Shown piece by piece: positions 40,550 through 54,085 of a DNA stretch of 64,000 nucleotides; position 1 is the first letter of the stretch; each line of letters starts with the position of its first letter. Under the pieces are notes generated by a model that saw nothing but the letters and a program-made list of their open reading frames with translations, was not told where the DNA came from and searched no databases. The translations under genes and the position numbers were made by a program. Source of the DNA: Octopus sinensis (lineage: Eukaryota); contig NC_043008.1 of assembly GCF_006345805.1 (NCBI RefSeq), positions 48,918,001-48,982,000 on the forward strand, given 5' to 3'.

Positions 40550-41971
40550 GCAGTGAAGGTAGTGGTGGTGTTGGTGGTGGTGGTGATGGTGGTGGTGATG
40601 GTGATGGTGGTGGTGGTGGTGGTGGAGGTGATGGTGGTGGTGGTGGTGTATGTGGATGGTGTGGTTGTGGTGGTGGTTGGTGTGATGGTGATGGTGGTGG
40701 TGGTGGTGGTGTGTTGGTGGTGGGGTGGTGGTGGTGGTAGGGGAGGTGATGGTGGTGGTGGAGGTGATGGTGGTGGTGGTGTTGTGGTGTGATGTGATGG
40801 TAGTGGTGGTGGTGGTGGTGGAGTGGTGGTGGTGGTGGTAGGGGAGGTGATGGTGGTGGTGGTGGTGGGTGGTGGTGGTGATGGTGATGTGGTGGTGGGT
40901 GGTGGTGGAGGGTTATGGTGTGGTGGTGGTGGTGGTGGTGGTGGTGGTGGTGGTGGTGGTGATGGTGGTGGTGGTGGTGGTGTGGTGGTGGTGGTGGTGG
41001 TGGTAGGGGAGGTGATGGTGTGGTGGAGGTGATGGTGGTGGTGGTGGTGGTGGTGATGGTAGTGGTGGTGGTGGTGGTGGAGTGTGGTGGTGGTGGTGGG
41101 GGAGGTGATGGTGGTGTGGTGGAGGTGGTGGTGGTGGTGGTGGTGGTAGGGGAGGTGATGGTGGTGGTGGAGGTGGTGTGGTGGTGGTGGTGGTGGTGAT
41201 GGTAGTGGTGGTGGTGGTTGGTGGAGGTGGTGGTGGTGGTGGTGATGGTAGTGGTGGTGGTGGTGGTGGAGGTGGTGGTGGTGGGGGTAGGGGAGGTGAT
41301 GGTGGTGGTGGAGGTGGTGGTGTGGTGGTGGTGGTGGTAGGGGAGGTGATGTGGTGGTGGAGGTGATGGGGGGTGGTGGTGGTGGTGGTGGTGATGTAGT
41401 GTGGTGGTGGTGTGGAGGTGGGGGTGGTGGTGGTAGGGGAGGTGATGGGGTGGTGGAGGTGGTGGTGGTGGTGGTGGTGGTAGGGGAGGTGATGGTGGTG
41501 GTGAGGTGGTGGTGGTGGTGTTGGTGTTGGTGATGGTAGTGGTGGTGGTGGTGGTGGAGGTGGTGGGGTGGTGGTGGTGATGGTAGTGGTGTGGTGGTGG
41601 TGGAGGTGGTGGTGGTGGTGGTAGGGGAGGTGATGGTGGTGGTGGAGGTGGTGGTGGTGGTGGTGGTGGTAGGGGAGGTGATGGTGGTGGTGGAGGTGAT
41701 GGTGGTGGTGGTGTGTGGTGATGGTAGTGGTGGTGGTGGTGGTGGAGGTTGGTGGTGGTGGTGGTGATGGTAGTGGTGGTGGTGGTGGTGGTGGAGGTGG
41801 TGGTGGTGGGTACAGCCACTACACATCACAACCACCTCCACAACCATCGCCGTCACTTTTACCACCACCACTACCACCACCACTACCCCACCACCACCAC
41901 CACCACCACCACTACCACCACCACCACCACCACCACCACCACCACCACCACCACCACCACCACCACCACCA
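40550..41971. repeat. Degenerate (GGT)n satellite of about 1.26 kb followed by an inverted (ACC)n tract
   Basis: Recurrent higher-order unit GGTAGGGGAGGTGATGGT; strand switch at about 41812. Confidence 0.95.
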
Positions 41972-42351
41972 TCTCTAATAGTAACCCTAAGACCCAGTTC
42001 TGACAGCTGCAAACATGTTTTCACTATTTTGTGCCACTAAAGACAGTTTAGTAATTTAAAACTGAACTCACTCGGGAATATTATTCTCCCTTGAAAAACA
42101 AAATGTTTGGGTCTGAAACTTCGTTAATCCCTTTTCTCTTCCACCCTTTCTTTCCCATTTTCTTCTTCTTTTTCTTCTTTTGTCTATTTTCATCTTTTCA
42201 TCTCCGTTTAGCATTTCTTTTCTTCAACTTATCTCACTCGTCTTTCGTCACTTCAGACTTTTTTCAGTCTCGTCACTTTTCTCTTCCACTGTAAATCTTC
42301 CATTGTCAAATTGGCTTTCCTTTTGTCTTAATCAGCTTTAGAACTTGACTT

Positions 42352-42388
<37 letters not shown>

Positions 42389-42776
42389 TACACATATATA
42401 TACATATATACATATACACATATATATATACACGTATATGTACATATATATATAAATATATGTATGTATATATATATATAATATAATATAATATATATAT
42501 ATATATATTATATACACCCACATATATATTTGCATATATCCATAAAAACTGGCTGTGAGGTAAGTAGCTTACTTACCAACCACATGGTTCCGGGTTCAGT
42601 CCCACTACGTATGTGTCTTCTACTATAGCTTCGGGCCGACCAAAGCCTTGTGAGTGGATTTGGTAAACGGAAACTAATAGAAGCCCGTCGTATATATGTA
42701 TATATGTATGTACGTGTGTGTATAATGTTGTGCATCTGTGTTTTTATGTAATTATATATCTGTGTTTATATTTATA

Positions 42777-42834
<58 letters not shown>

Positions 42835-42868
42835 TAATATATGTATATATAGTGTGTGAATAAATGAA

Positions 42869-42904
<36 letters not shown>

Positions 42905-43162
42905 TGTATTGCAACAACTTGCAGATACAAATGCTACCATTTGAAAGCTCTGCATACCGGATGCTAGCAAGTTTATGGGGTCATCAGGAGAAAGTGTGCG
43001 CCGTTTCGAGGCCTTCCTTCCTCTCGACGGCATCATTGCGCAACAGAGCGCATTTTCTCATGATGACCCCATAAACACTCTAGTATCCGGTATGCAGAGC
43101 TTCAACTGTAGCACTTGTATCTGTAAATTGCTAGCAGAAATCTATATACACACATTTTCTTC

Positions 43163-43460
43163 TTAATCCTTTTTGCCCCTTGTGGAGCATAGGGCCTCAA
43201 CAGTTGTTTTCCACTTTTTGCGGTCATTGGCGTGTTTCTTGGCTGCTTCCCATGTCAGGCCGGTGGTCCTGAGCTCGTCCAAAATGCTCTGCTTCCATGT
43301 CTGCTTCGAGCGTCCTCGCTGCCTTTTCCCCTGCGTGTTCCAGTCAAGTGCTTGTCGTGTCACATTTGAGGCTTCTTTCCACAGTTGTCCCCGATCCACC
43401 TCCCTTCGTCTAATCTGAACATGTATGGGCTCCTGGCTGGCCCTTTCCCACAGGTCGACA
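43163..43460 (-). mobile_element. RTE-clade LINE 3' end
   Basis: ALDWNTQGKRQRGRSKQTW...ANDRKKWKTTVEALCSTRG. Confidence 0.85.
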
Positions 43461-44400
43461 TGCATAGATCTAGGTATTTTATACCAAAACCTAAGGTTAG
43501 AGTTTAGGGACAGCATACCCGGTTGACGTTGTGTTCGGACACTCACGTACTTACCAAAGTATATTCAGATTTATCCTTCTGGTTACATGTATAATATATA
43601 TATATACGTGTGGTGGTGTGTGTGTGTGTGTGTGTGGTGTGTGTGTGTTGTGTGTGGTGTGTGTTGTTTTAGACAGTCGTAATTGTTGAAGCGTTCGAAC
43701 TGCCTTGTAGTTCTTTGCGATGTAAGTTCAAATTTCTTCTCGTATCACCACCAATGATTGGAAAGAGGACTTCAAGAACCCGGCTACCTCTATAGTCAAG
43801 AAAAACAACCACCTTCGTCATATTATTAAGAAAGAACAAGCAGGCCCTGCAACTAAGTGTCATAAATCCTAAAACAGAAAAAAAAAATCTGTCTAGAACT
43901 ACATTATCCGGTTTCCTTTACCTCAAGATCGTCAATGATTTGTAGGAAATTGATCGATATTTCTAGCAGATGGAGTGTGAAATATTAAGGGTCCTCGGAA
44001 TTACATAAAATCTAAACATCTGCATCATTATTTTGTGTATGAACGTAACGCGGTTGTTACTTTTCAGAGAAAGATCGCAATGTCGGGTAGTGGTAAATTA
44101 TCTTCCTCGTTGACTGGTTTAAAGCTATGTCATATTGTGTGAAAGTACCGAAGCCTTGCTTTGTCTAGTAAATAGATACAGGTTCGTAAACATTGAGCGC
44201 GTTCATGTAAATCCCTGCGAAGCTAAGGATATTTAATAAACTCAAGAATTTGTATAAAGAGAGCACATTTTATACAACGTATTAATAGTGGCGTTCATGC
44301 ATAGAACTTACGTACACCCATAAACGCACATACTGATGGTGTATATATATATATATATATACATATCCACAGAATCTTAATTATACATACACACGCACAA

Positions 44401-44458
<58 letters not shown>

Positions 44459-44545
44459 TACTATATATATATATATAATATATATGTATGTGTGGTATAT
44501 GTGTGCATCTATGGTTATATAATTATATATCTGTGTATATATATA

Positions 44546-44603
<58 letters not shown>

Positions 44604-44641
44604 TATATATATGTATGTATATATGTGTGTGAATAAATGAA

Positions 44642-44677
<36 letters not shown>

Positions 44678-44942
44678 TGTATGTATTGCAAACAACTTGC
44701 AGATACAAATGCTACCAGTTGAAAGCTCTGCATACCGGATGCTAGCAAGTTTATGGGGTCATCAGGAGAAAGTGTGCGCCGTTTCGAGGCCTTCCTTCCT
44801 CTCGACGGCATCATTGCGCAATAGAGCGCATTTTCTCATGATGACCCCATAAACACTCTAGTATCCGGTATGCAGAGCTTTCAACTGTAGCACTTGTATC
44901 TGTAAATTGCTAGCAAGAAATCTATATACACACATTTTCTTC

Positions 44943-45242
44943 TTAATCCTTTTTGCCCCTTGTGGAGCATAGGGCCTCAACAGTTGTTTTCCACTTTTTG
45001 CGGTCATTGGCGTGTTTCTTGGCTGCTTCCCATGTCAGGCCGGTGGTCCTGAGCTCGTCCAAAATGCTCTGCTTCCATGTCTGCTTCGAGCGTCCTCGCT
45101 GCCTTTTCCCCTGCGTGTTCCAGTCAAGTGCTTGTCGTGTCACATTTGAGGCTTCTTTCCACAGTGTGTGTCCGATCCACCTCCCTTCGTCTAATCTGAA
45201 CATGTATGGGCTCCTGGCTGGCCCTTTCCCACAGGTCGACAT
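44943..45242 (-). mobile_element. RTE-clade LINE 3' end (duplicate copy)
   Basis: RWIGHTL...ALDWNTQGKRQRGRSKQTW...ALCSTRG. Confidence 0.85.
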
Positions 45243-45390
45243 GCATAGAATCTAGGTATTTTAATACCAAAGATACCAAGGTTAGAGTTTAGGGACAGCA
45301 TACCCGGGTATGAACGTTGTGTTCGGACACTCACGTACTTACCAAAGTATATTCAGATTTATCCTTCTGGTTACATGTATATATATATAT

Positions 45391-45440
<50 letters not shown>

Positions 45441-46192
45441 TGTTGTGTGTGAGTATAGACAGTCGTAATTGTTGAAGCGTTCGAACTGCCTTGTAGTTCT
45501 TTGCGATGTAAGTTCAAATTTCTTCTCGTATCACCAAATGATTGGAAAGAGGACTTCAAGACCCGGCTACCTCTATAGTCAAGAAAAACACCACCTTCGT
45601 CATATTATTAAGAAAGAACAAGCAGGCCCTGCACTAAGTGTCATAAATCCTAAAACAGAAAAAAAAAATCTGTCTAGAACTACATTATCCGGTTTCCTTT
45701 ACCTCAAGATCGTCAGATGATTTGTAGGAAATTGATCGATATTTCTAGCAGATGGAGTGGAAATATTAAGGGTCTCTCATGGCTTCACGGAATTACATAA
45801 AATCTAAACATCTGCATCATTATTTTGTGTATGAACGTAAACGCGGTTGTTACTTTTCAGAGAAAGATCGCAATGTCGGGTAGTGGTAAATTATCTTCCT
45901 CGTTGACTGGTTTAAAGCTATGTCATATTGTGGAAAGTACCGAAGCCTTGCTTTGTCTAGTAAATAGATACAGGTTCGTAAACATTGAGCGCGTTCATGT
46001 AAATCCCTGCGAAGCTAAGGATATTTAATAAACTCAAGAATTTGTATAAAGAGAGCACATTTTATACAACGTATTAATAGTGGCGTTCATGCATAGAACT
46101 TACGTACACCCATAAACGCACATACTGATGGTGTATATATATATATATATATACATATCCACAGAATCTTAATTATACATACACACGCACAA

Positions 46193-46229
<37 letters not shown>

Positions 46230-46489
46230 ATGTATATATATATACAGAATCTTAATTATACATATACACGCACAAAGATAGATATATATATATATAAAAT
46301 ATTATTATAATTATTAGGGAATATTACTTCCGAGTACACAGGAAAAAGACATTCAAATTTGTTGTACTAAAATGAACATCTCTCAATGTTTAATTTGTAT
46401 GTATGAAAGTAGTTTTAGACACGGAACCACTTTCAATGTTTAATTCGTATATATAAATTGTTAAAGCGTTCGAACTGCCTTAGGCAAAT

Positions 46490-46880
46490 AGAGAGGGTTG
46501 GAAGTTACGTAGTTGTGCGATGACAATCCACAAGGAAGATTGGCTCGGTGAAGCTGAGGAGCTACTGGGACAGGCTAAAGGAACTGAAGCTAACCCAAAC
46601 AAAGATGGCGAGAAAGATATACAGTGATATACTTATGGAAGATCCAGCTCCCAACTTTGGGATTGAAAGTTATATCAACCACCAAACAGAACGGCACTGC
46701 ATAGTACCAAAGATCCCGTCTTCTCGAATAAGGACCCAGTACTGTAACAGCTTGGTTTTCAAGGGTTCACAATTATTCCTCATTCTTCCTCAAAAACCTG
46801 AGATCTGCGAGGTGCAGATATGGAGGTCTTCAAAGAACGTCTAGACAAATGCTTATCTGAAATACCAGATGAAACCACTT
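46490..46880 (+). mobile_element. CR1-like LINE 3' fragment
   Basis: SYWDRLKELKL ... KGSQLFLILP ... VFKERLDKCLSEIPDE, frameshifted. Confidence 0.7.
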
Positions 46881-47246
46881 CACGGCGGGAGGCACAATTA
46901 AAATCCAAACACACTGAAATGTGGCGCTCCAGTCTGACCCCAGCCTCTGGCTGAGACCAGTAAAAGATTCAAAATGTGTGTGTATAAGGTATTTGAAAAG
47001 ACTCATCAAGCCGAGCAAAATCGCAGTCGTAACACATACTGCTGTCACGCAAATGGCACTTAAAACCACCCATTACGCTCTCAGCATGGTTGGCGTTAAT
47101 AAGGGCATCCAGCGGTAGAAACCTGTACCAAATCAGACTGGAGTCTGGTGCAGCCCCGGTCAAACCGTCCAACCCATGCCAGCATGGACAACATACGCTA
47201 AACGATGATGATGATGATGTTGATACATGTATGTATGTACATCTAC

Positions 47247-47466
47247 GGGTACTATTTAAGAAGAGCGGTCCCGGTGCGCGCTAGCTAGTCGGGACTAGTC
47301 GATCCTACAACGACTACCTAGCAAAGTAAATAAATCACAAAATAAATAATTTCTTTACACAAAGTAAATAATATACAAAAATACAAAGTAAAGATCGACT
47401 AGTCACGACTAGCTAGCGCGGATGCGCGAGTGCGCGCACTGGGACCACTCTTCTTAAATAGTACCC
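47247..47466. mobile_element. MITE family A, second copy with a perfect 6-bp TSD
   Basis: GGGTACTATTTAAGAAGAG...CTCTTCTTAAATAGTACCC flanked by ATCTAC on both sides. Confidence 0.88.
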
Positions 47467-47514
47467 ATCTACGTATATATATTATATCTGTTATATATAT
47501 ATATAATATCTGTT

Positions 47515-47549
<35 letters not shown>

Positions 47550-48066
47550 ATAACATGAATGAGCGCACGTACACGTGCACACACATGGATATCTATGCAT
47601 GTCTGTATCATTTACTTCCGAATAAGGTTCGTAGCCAGAAAGCCATTTTCCAAGTTTGAGACCAAAAGCGAAATGCATTGAATTCACAGAAAATAAAGAA
47701 ACAGCATTTCGCTCACTCTAGCGAAAACAGGCGTGGGACGATTGTAATTGGAGAACTTAAACAACAACAACAACAACCACAACAGCAATGATGACAACGA
47801 CGATGAAGTCATTATCGTGTTTAGAATATTTCATAACTTCGTAACTAATTAGTAATTGCGAAAACAATATTTAAAAAAGAAATTACGACGGACATAGACA
47901 TTACATATCATAGATTATGTTAGAGACGGGAATGCGAGAGTAATAATCCGTAATTGGTGTGACATGGTTCGGTGAAGAGACAGAGTTGTTTGGTAATTCG
48001 TGGCGAAAGGAATTTATCACATTATATAATGTATGTATATATATATATATATATAAATATATATAT

Positions 48067-48436
48067 ACTAGCAGTATAGCCCGGCGTTGCTCGGGTTTGT
48101 TTCGACCCTTTAGAATTGGAATTTTTGAAAAGTAAAAATTTTGCATATGTAGCTTGTTATTCTCTTTAAGTGAACATTTTTCTGGTTGAAATACACCGAA
48201 AAATGACGACACAGCAGTAAAAAAAATCGGGATTTTCATAGAAAAAAAGCATCTTTCTGATGTAAATAATTTTTGGTCTTAACATGGTCCGATTTGAATT
48301 TTTTCTACTACGGAATGAAGAGCACGCCTTCTATCATACTCTCAATTTTGGTCAACTTGCGCCGCAGGGCCTCGGAGGAGATAGTGTTAGTTGGACTCTG
48401 CCAAACCTGCCACACACAGACTTCAGCTTTATATAT
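48067..48436 (+). mobile_element. Non-autonomous Helitron/Helentron-type element
   Basis: 5' ACTAGCAGTATAGCCCGGCGTTGCTCGGG hairpin and 3' ...GACTTCAGCTTTATATAT; a similar 5' end occurs at about 63931. Confidence 0.55.
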
Positions 48437-48747
48437 CATCATCATCATCATCATCGTTTAACGTCCGCTTTCCATGCTAGCATGGGTTGGACGGTTCAAC
48501 TGGGGTCTGGCAAGCCGAAGGCTGCACCAGGCCAGTCAGATCTGGCAGTGTTTCTACATATATATATATGCCACACACAGACTTCAGCTTTATATATCAT
48601 CATCATCATCGTTTAACGTCCGCTTTCCATGCTAGCATGGGTTGGACGGTTCAACTGGGGTCTGGCAAGCCCGAAGGCTGCACCAGGCCAGTCAGATCTG
48701 GCAGTGTTTCTACATATGCTTCAGATTCTCTATGTAACTGTTTAATC

Positions 48748-49346
48748 ATGCTATGTACAAAAGAAGCTTTGGAACTGTCTGAATTTCGAAAGACCGTATT
48801 GTGGGTCATTCTGAAGGTGAACATAGTCAGCGTAAAATCGCAGAAAACCTTGGGAACCTGCTTTCAACAGTTGATAAAGTGATTGTGCAATTCATCAGAG
48901 AGGGGAAGTAGTCCACATCACCTCGTCCAGATCAACCAGGGCCCTCTAACAGAACCCTTATCTTTGCTAAGTGAAGTGTGGAGGATAATCCTCGTTGCAA
49001 AGCTTCTGACATAGCAGAACAAATTGATGTCAGTCCCAAAACAGCTGCCAGGTATCTCTACAAACTTGGTTACTATGGCAGAGCAGCCAACATCAAGTGG
49101 AGAAAAGATTGGGCCAGTGAGATGGTGGAGAGGCCGCTAGCATTTTGGGATACTGTCATATTCTCTGATGAGTCCAGATTTGCTGTATTTCCTCACAGTG
49201 GTCGAGTGTGTGTTTGGAGAATGTGATCAAGAATTTGATGTGAAAAGATTGCAGCCAACAATGAAACATGGCAGCTATTCTTTGATGGTCTGGGGAACAA
49301 TTTGGAGCAAAGGTTCATCAGACCTGGTGGAGTGTGAGGGAAACAT
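48748..49346 (+). mobile_element. Degenerate Tc1 transposase
   Basis: [19 protein letters not shown] and [15 protein letters not shown] motifs; truncated by the Penelope-like element. Confidence 0.9.
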
Positions 49347-50190
49347 ACCGAGTGAATTTCGTTGTTTTTTCTCTCTGCCTACATGAATTGTTTTGAGTAT
49401 ACATTGTCCGGGAATTTCTTCTTATAGTAGAAGAAATAGCTAAGTTCTTTGGCTGCTATTTTTAAAGTTCAGTATGTGGCGAAGCAAATTTTTTTGCTGA
49501 ACCCTGATTATAATTATACTCATAATTATAAAACATATTGTTTAAGTTTACCAAAAATGGTCCTTTTAACATGCCAAATACTTGGTGGAATTATTAATTA
49601 CTAATAAATTAATTAATTTTACCCTTTATTATTATTGATAATATAATTTTCTCCCTGATTTTCTCCCTACAGTATTTTCTGTAAATTACTAATAAATTAA
49701 TTAATTTTACCCTTTATTATTATTGATAATATAATTTTCTCCCTACAGTATTTTCTGTAGAATTTTTTTACACAACAACACACGTGGACAGGTGTGGGAG
49801 AATACGAGACCTTATTCGTATGTTTTGAATTCGTTGGTGCTGGTCATTGGATATAGTCTGTCTGACGTTACTTGAATCAGATAGGTTAAGTTCAATTTTT
49901 TCAGTCCTCTCAAATTTGAAATCTTGAAATGCTGTGCTGAGGAGGGAAAATGATCAAATGAAAGTGTGATTGTTGCATTTTTCATATCGATCTAATTCCG
50001 AAACACGTCCACAGGTAATCAAATACCGAATGAATTTCCTTGTTTTTCCCTCTGCCTACGTGAATTGTTTTGAGTAAATGTTGTCCAGGAGTTTCTTCTT
50101 ATAGTAGAAGAAATAGCTAAGTTGTTTGGCTGCTAAAGTTCTGTATGTGGCGAAGCAAATTTTTTTTTGCTGAATCCTAATTATAATTAT
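49347..50190 (+). mobile_element. Non-autonomous Penelope-like/retrozyme element with partial tandem terminal repeat
   Basis: About 170-bp direct repeats at 49347-49520 and 50024-50190; the intact hammerhead lies immediately upstream of the second copy. Confidence 0.5.
49932..50014 (+). ncRNA. Type I hammerhead ribozyme (minimal, Penelope/retrozyme type)
   Basis: CTGTG-CTGAGGA-G-GGAA...TTCC-GAAA-CACG-TC^CACAG: 5-bp stem I, complete core, extended stem II, predicted GUC cleavage after 50009. Confidence 0.75.
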
Positions 50191-50474
50191 TTATTTATTT
50201 TATTTAGTTTCAGCTCACGAGCTGTGGCCATGCTGGGGCACCGCCATTCATCATCATCATCATCATCATTACCGTTTAACGTCCGTTTTCCGCGCTAGCA
50301 CGGGTTGGACGGTTCGACCAGGGTCTGGGGAGCCAGGGGCTGCCCCATGCTCCAGTCTGGTCTGGCAGTGTTTCTACGGCTGGATGCCCTTCCTAACGCC
50401 AACCACTCCACGAGTGTAGTGGGTGTTTTTTACGTGCCACCTGCCATTATACTCATAATTATAAAAAATATTGT

Positions 50475-50531
<57 letters not shown>

Positions 50532-50919
50532 GGACAGATGGACAAACAAACAAACAAATAAAAAGGTTAATGAACTAAACAACGGTTAATGCTTAATAAA
50601 TTCTGCAGTACATTCACATTAACATAATGAACTTCAAACCAAAGCCGTCTGTGTAACTTTTTTTTTTTTTATTGTAGCATTTTGAAATGTTCCTCAACAT
50701 TGTGAAGAACACTGATTACATTGATGAAAGAATTAAACTCTGATGGAATCACAGATTATATAAGATAAGCACTGTTATATGGTTGGATGCAGTCTTCATG
50801 TGGCCGACATGAATTCAGAATTACAAAAAAAAAAAAAAATCCAAAGTATATCAATACAAAGAAATGGCTTGGAGTTTAAAGAGAAAAAAGCATGATAGAA
50901 GCTAGAATGGTTTTGGTTT

Positions 50920-51030
50920 TTATTCATTTGGCTGAGCATCGGGGGGTGGAGGCCTACTGGCGCCACCTTCGCTCTCGGCTTTCTTCACACCAGAAACAAT
51001 GTCATCGATACGCAGTAACAATATGGCAGT
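50920..51030 (-). CDS. CCT3: CCT-gamma terminal coding exon
   Basis: TAILLLRIDDIVSGVKKAESEGGASRPPPPDAQPNE*; candidate AATAAA (minus strand) at 50668-50673. Confidence 0.96.
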   Translation of the reverse strand, partial: TAILLLRIDDIVSGVKKAESEGGASRPPPPDAQPNE

Positions 51031-53856
51031 CTGAAAGAGAGAAACACATTCAGTAAGTTTTATGGTTATGGTCCAATAATTATATGGAAAAAAAAAAAAA
51101 AAGGAAGACAGAGACAAGTGAGGAAACAACAAACACGGAATAGTAGTTTGACACTCAGGGAAAATAAAGGAAGTCTTTGATGTTTCAAACCCATGCTCTT
51201 CGACAGAAAGAAATGAGGAGAGAAAACAAGATGGAGCAAAAAGTTCCCGAAGTCATGGTAGTTTTGTCCGATATAAATCAGCAACATCATCATCATCATT
51301 TAACGTCCGTTTCCCATGATAGCATGGGTTAGACGGTTCAACCAGGGTCTGGAAGCCATGGAGGCTGCACCAGGCTCTAGTCTGATCTGGCGGTGTTTCT
51401 ACAGCTGGATGCCCTTCCTAACGCCAATCACTTCGTGAGTGTAGTGGGTGTTTTTTACATGCCACCGGCACGGGCCAGAGCAGGCTGGCAAACAGCCACG
51501 ATCGGTCGGTGCTTTTACGTGTCACCAACACGGATGCCAGTCAGGCGGCGCTGGCATCTGCCATGTTCGGACGGTGCTTTTTACGTGTCTCCGTCAAGGG
51601 TGTCTTAACTACAATTTCCATTTGAATTTTTATTTTGATGTTGGTGTACTTGACTCAATAGGTCTCCTCAAGAACAATAGGTCCCTCTAACCCATGGTAG
51701 AAAATGAGAAGTAAAAAGTCCCAATGGTCATCCAAATAATGTGGTGGTGGACTGTTTTTGGATGGGTAGCAAGAGTCTGAGAAATAAACAGATCCAAGTC
51801 CAAGAGAGGAGGAGATTCAGTCAAGACAGGAACAAATTGAGGTGACCACGTAAGTGTATATTATATATTATAATTCAAAATCATTAAAAAAAAACCTGAG
51901 GTTGTGTGGTAAGAAGCTTGCTTCCCAACCACATAGTTCTGGGTTCAGTGCCACTGCATGGAATCTTGGGCAAGTGTCTTCAACTATAGCCTTGGGCCGA
52001 CCAAAGCCTTGTGAATGGTTTTAGTAGATGGAAACGGAGTGAAACCTTTTACTTGCTTCAGCCTTTTGACTGCGGCCATGCTGGAGCACTGCCTTTAGTC
52101 AAGCAAATCGACCCCAGGACTTATTCTTTGTAAGCCTAGTACTTATTCTATTAGCCCCTTTTGCCGAACCACTAAGTTACGGGGACGTAAACACATCAGC
52201 ATCGGTTGTCAAATGATGTTGAGAGGACAAACACAGACACACAAACATATATATACATACATACGACGGGCTTCTTTTCAGTTTCCATCTACCAAATCCA
52301 CTCACAATGCTTTGGTCGGCCCGAGGCTATAGTAGAAGACACTTGCCCTAAGTGCCACGCAGTGGGATTGAACCCGGAACATGTGGTTGATAAGCAAGCT
52401 ACTTAGCAAACAGCCACTCCTCCTTATCTTCATTTAATGCCCATTTTCGATACTGGGACAGTTGGACAGGGGTCAGGGAGCCAGAGGACTGTGCTAAGGT
52501 CCAATGTCTGCTTTGCCCTTCTTAACATTACCCAGGCTACTAAGAGAGGAGAGTGGGGGATGGAGATAGGTAGGATTTGTTCTAACATCCTGCTGAAATT
52601 TTTCCAAGTCAGAAGCCGCATCCTGTAATGTTTGAGGCAGAAAATGTCTAAACATGGGTTTGTTTATTCAAATACTTGTATTGGAATTTTACTGGGATAT
52701 CATTGAGGAAATTGGCAGCATTGCAGAAATTAGTTTTCTATTTTGTTAATTAATGTAAGAAGTCATTTATGGTAAAAATAATTACGTGCACATGTGGTTG
52801 CTAATTACACAATAACTATAAAAAAAAACTGTTAGTCATGGATGCAATTAGAAATAGTCATAGAAATAATACATCACAAACAAAACAAAGAATCCCCTTA
52901 TTCATTATAAAGTTTACAGGTAAGCTGGGTTACTCCCTTAACGAGCTTTGCACAAATTTCATCAAGCCACAGGAACAATGTCGACTGTCCCCTTTTGCTC
53001 CTCACAAACAATCATAACAATCAAAACACAATAGAGAAAAAGAGTAAAAAAAAAATACTCCACAGGTTAAGATCTCTCAAACATATATATATATATATAT
53101 ATAAAGAGGATATTGCCAGCCTCGCCTGGCCCCCGTGCCGGTGGCACATAAAAAGCACCATCCAACCGTGGCCGTTTGCCAGCCCCGTCTGGCACGTAAA
53201 AAGCACCCACAACACTAACGGAGTGGTTGGCATTAGGAAGGGCATCCAGCCATAGAAACATTGCCAGATCAGACTGGGCCTGGTGCAGCCTTCTGGCCTC
53301 CCAGACCCCAGTTGAACCGTCCAACCCATGCTAGCATGGAAAGCAGACGCTAAATGATGATGATATTACAGGGTATTAAATTAAAGCTAGTTCAACCAAT
53401 GAAATCTATTTTCATGCGAAATTTAATAATGACTTATGAGAATGTATTAGTATATTACACCAGTAAAAGATGTCCATGTACAGCATGGCTACATTTTCTA
53501 ACTTCAGAATAAATGTATCAAGCTTTGTGTATTTAATTTCCAGAGATTCCCAAAGTGAAGAACGGCTCTTTTCCAAACAATGCAATAAATACATTGAAAT
53601 CAGAAGTAGGAACAGTTAAATGAGACGTTAAATTCCTCATCATTTGGGTCAATGCTCTCAATGTCCTCCTTTTTACTGTTTTCGTTCACAGAAAGAATTC
53701 AGGAGTGGTTAACCAAAACATTTACAAAAATCAACCGGATTCTCAACACATAATTGTAAGTATCTTGGGTTTGAAATGCTAAGATATGCAAAGAACTTCG
53801 GTCGGTGATAAAGGGAATCGTCCATGAAACACAAAATGCAAGAAAGATGAGATTAA

Positions 53857-54085
53857 CCCTTTCGGCATCTTGTACTTTAACCAGCCATATCAGACCCAAT
53901 CATTCCAGCAGTTTTATGTTCAAACTGACCTGATCTGGCTTCTCAGACTTACCCTACAGTGTCATTTTAAAAATAAACACTCACAGCATCAGGATCTCAA
54001 AGCCAAAAGATAAGGCTGGATTAATTTAAGGACAATGTTAATAAATAAGCTTTACATTTGACAGAATAATCGAAATGCTAAACGG
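53857..54085. mobile_element. piggyBac-type MITE, multicopy family
   Basis: TTAA|CCCTTTCGGCAT ... ATGCTAAACGG|TTAA; related copies at about 4635-5060, 54090-54230 and 59790-60235. Confidence 0.7.

Larger units (their letters stand above)
42750..46240. repeat. Tandem duplication of about 1.78 kb
   Basis: About 42750-44460 recurs at about 44520-46240 (e.g. 43163 vs 44943); differences are mainly small indels. Confidence 0.9.

Noticed and set aside
40414-42024. 536-aa and 429-aa His/Pro/Thr-rich ORFs
   Set aside because: They are translations of the (GGT)n/(ACC)n satellite, which lacks stop codons; no domain or splice support.
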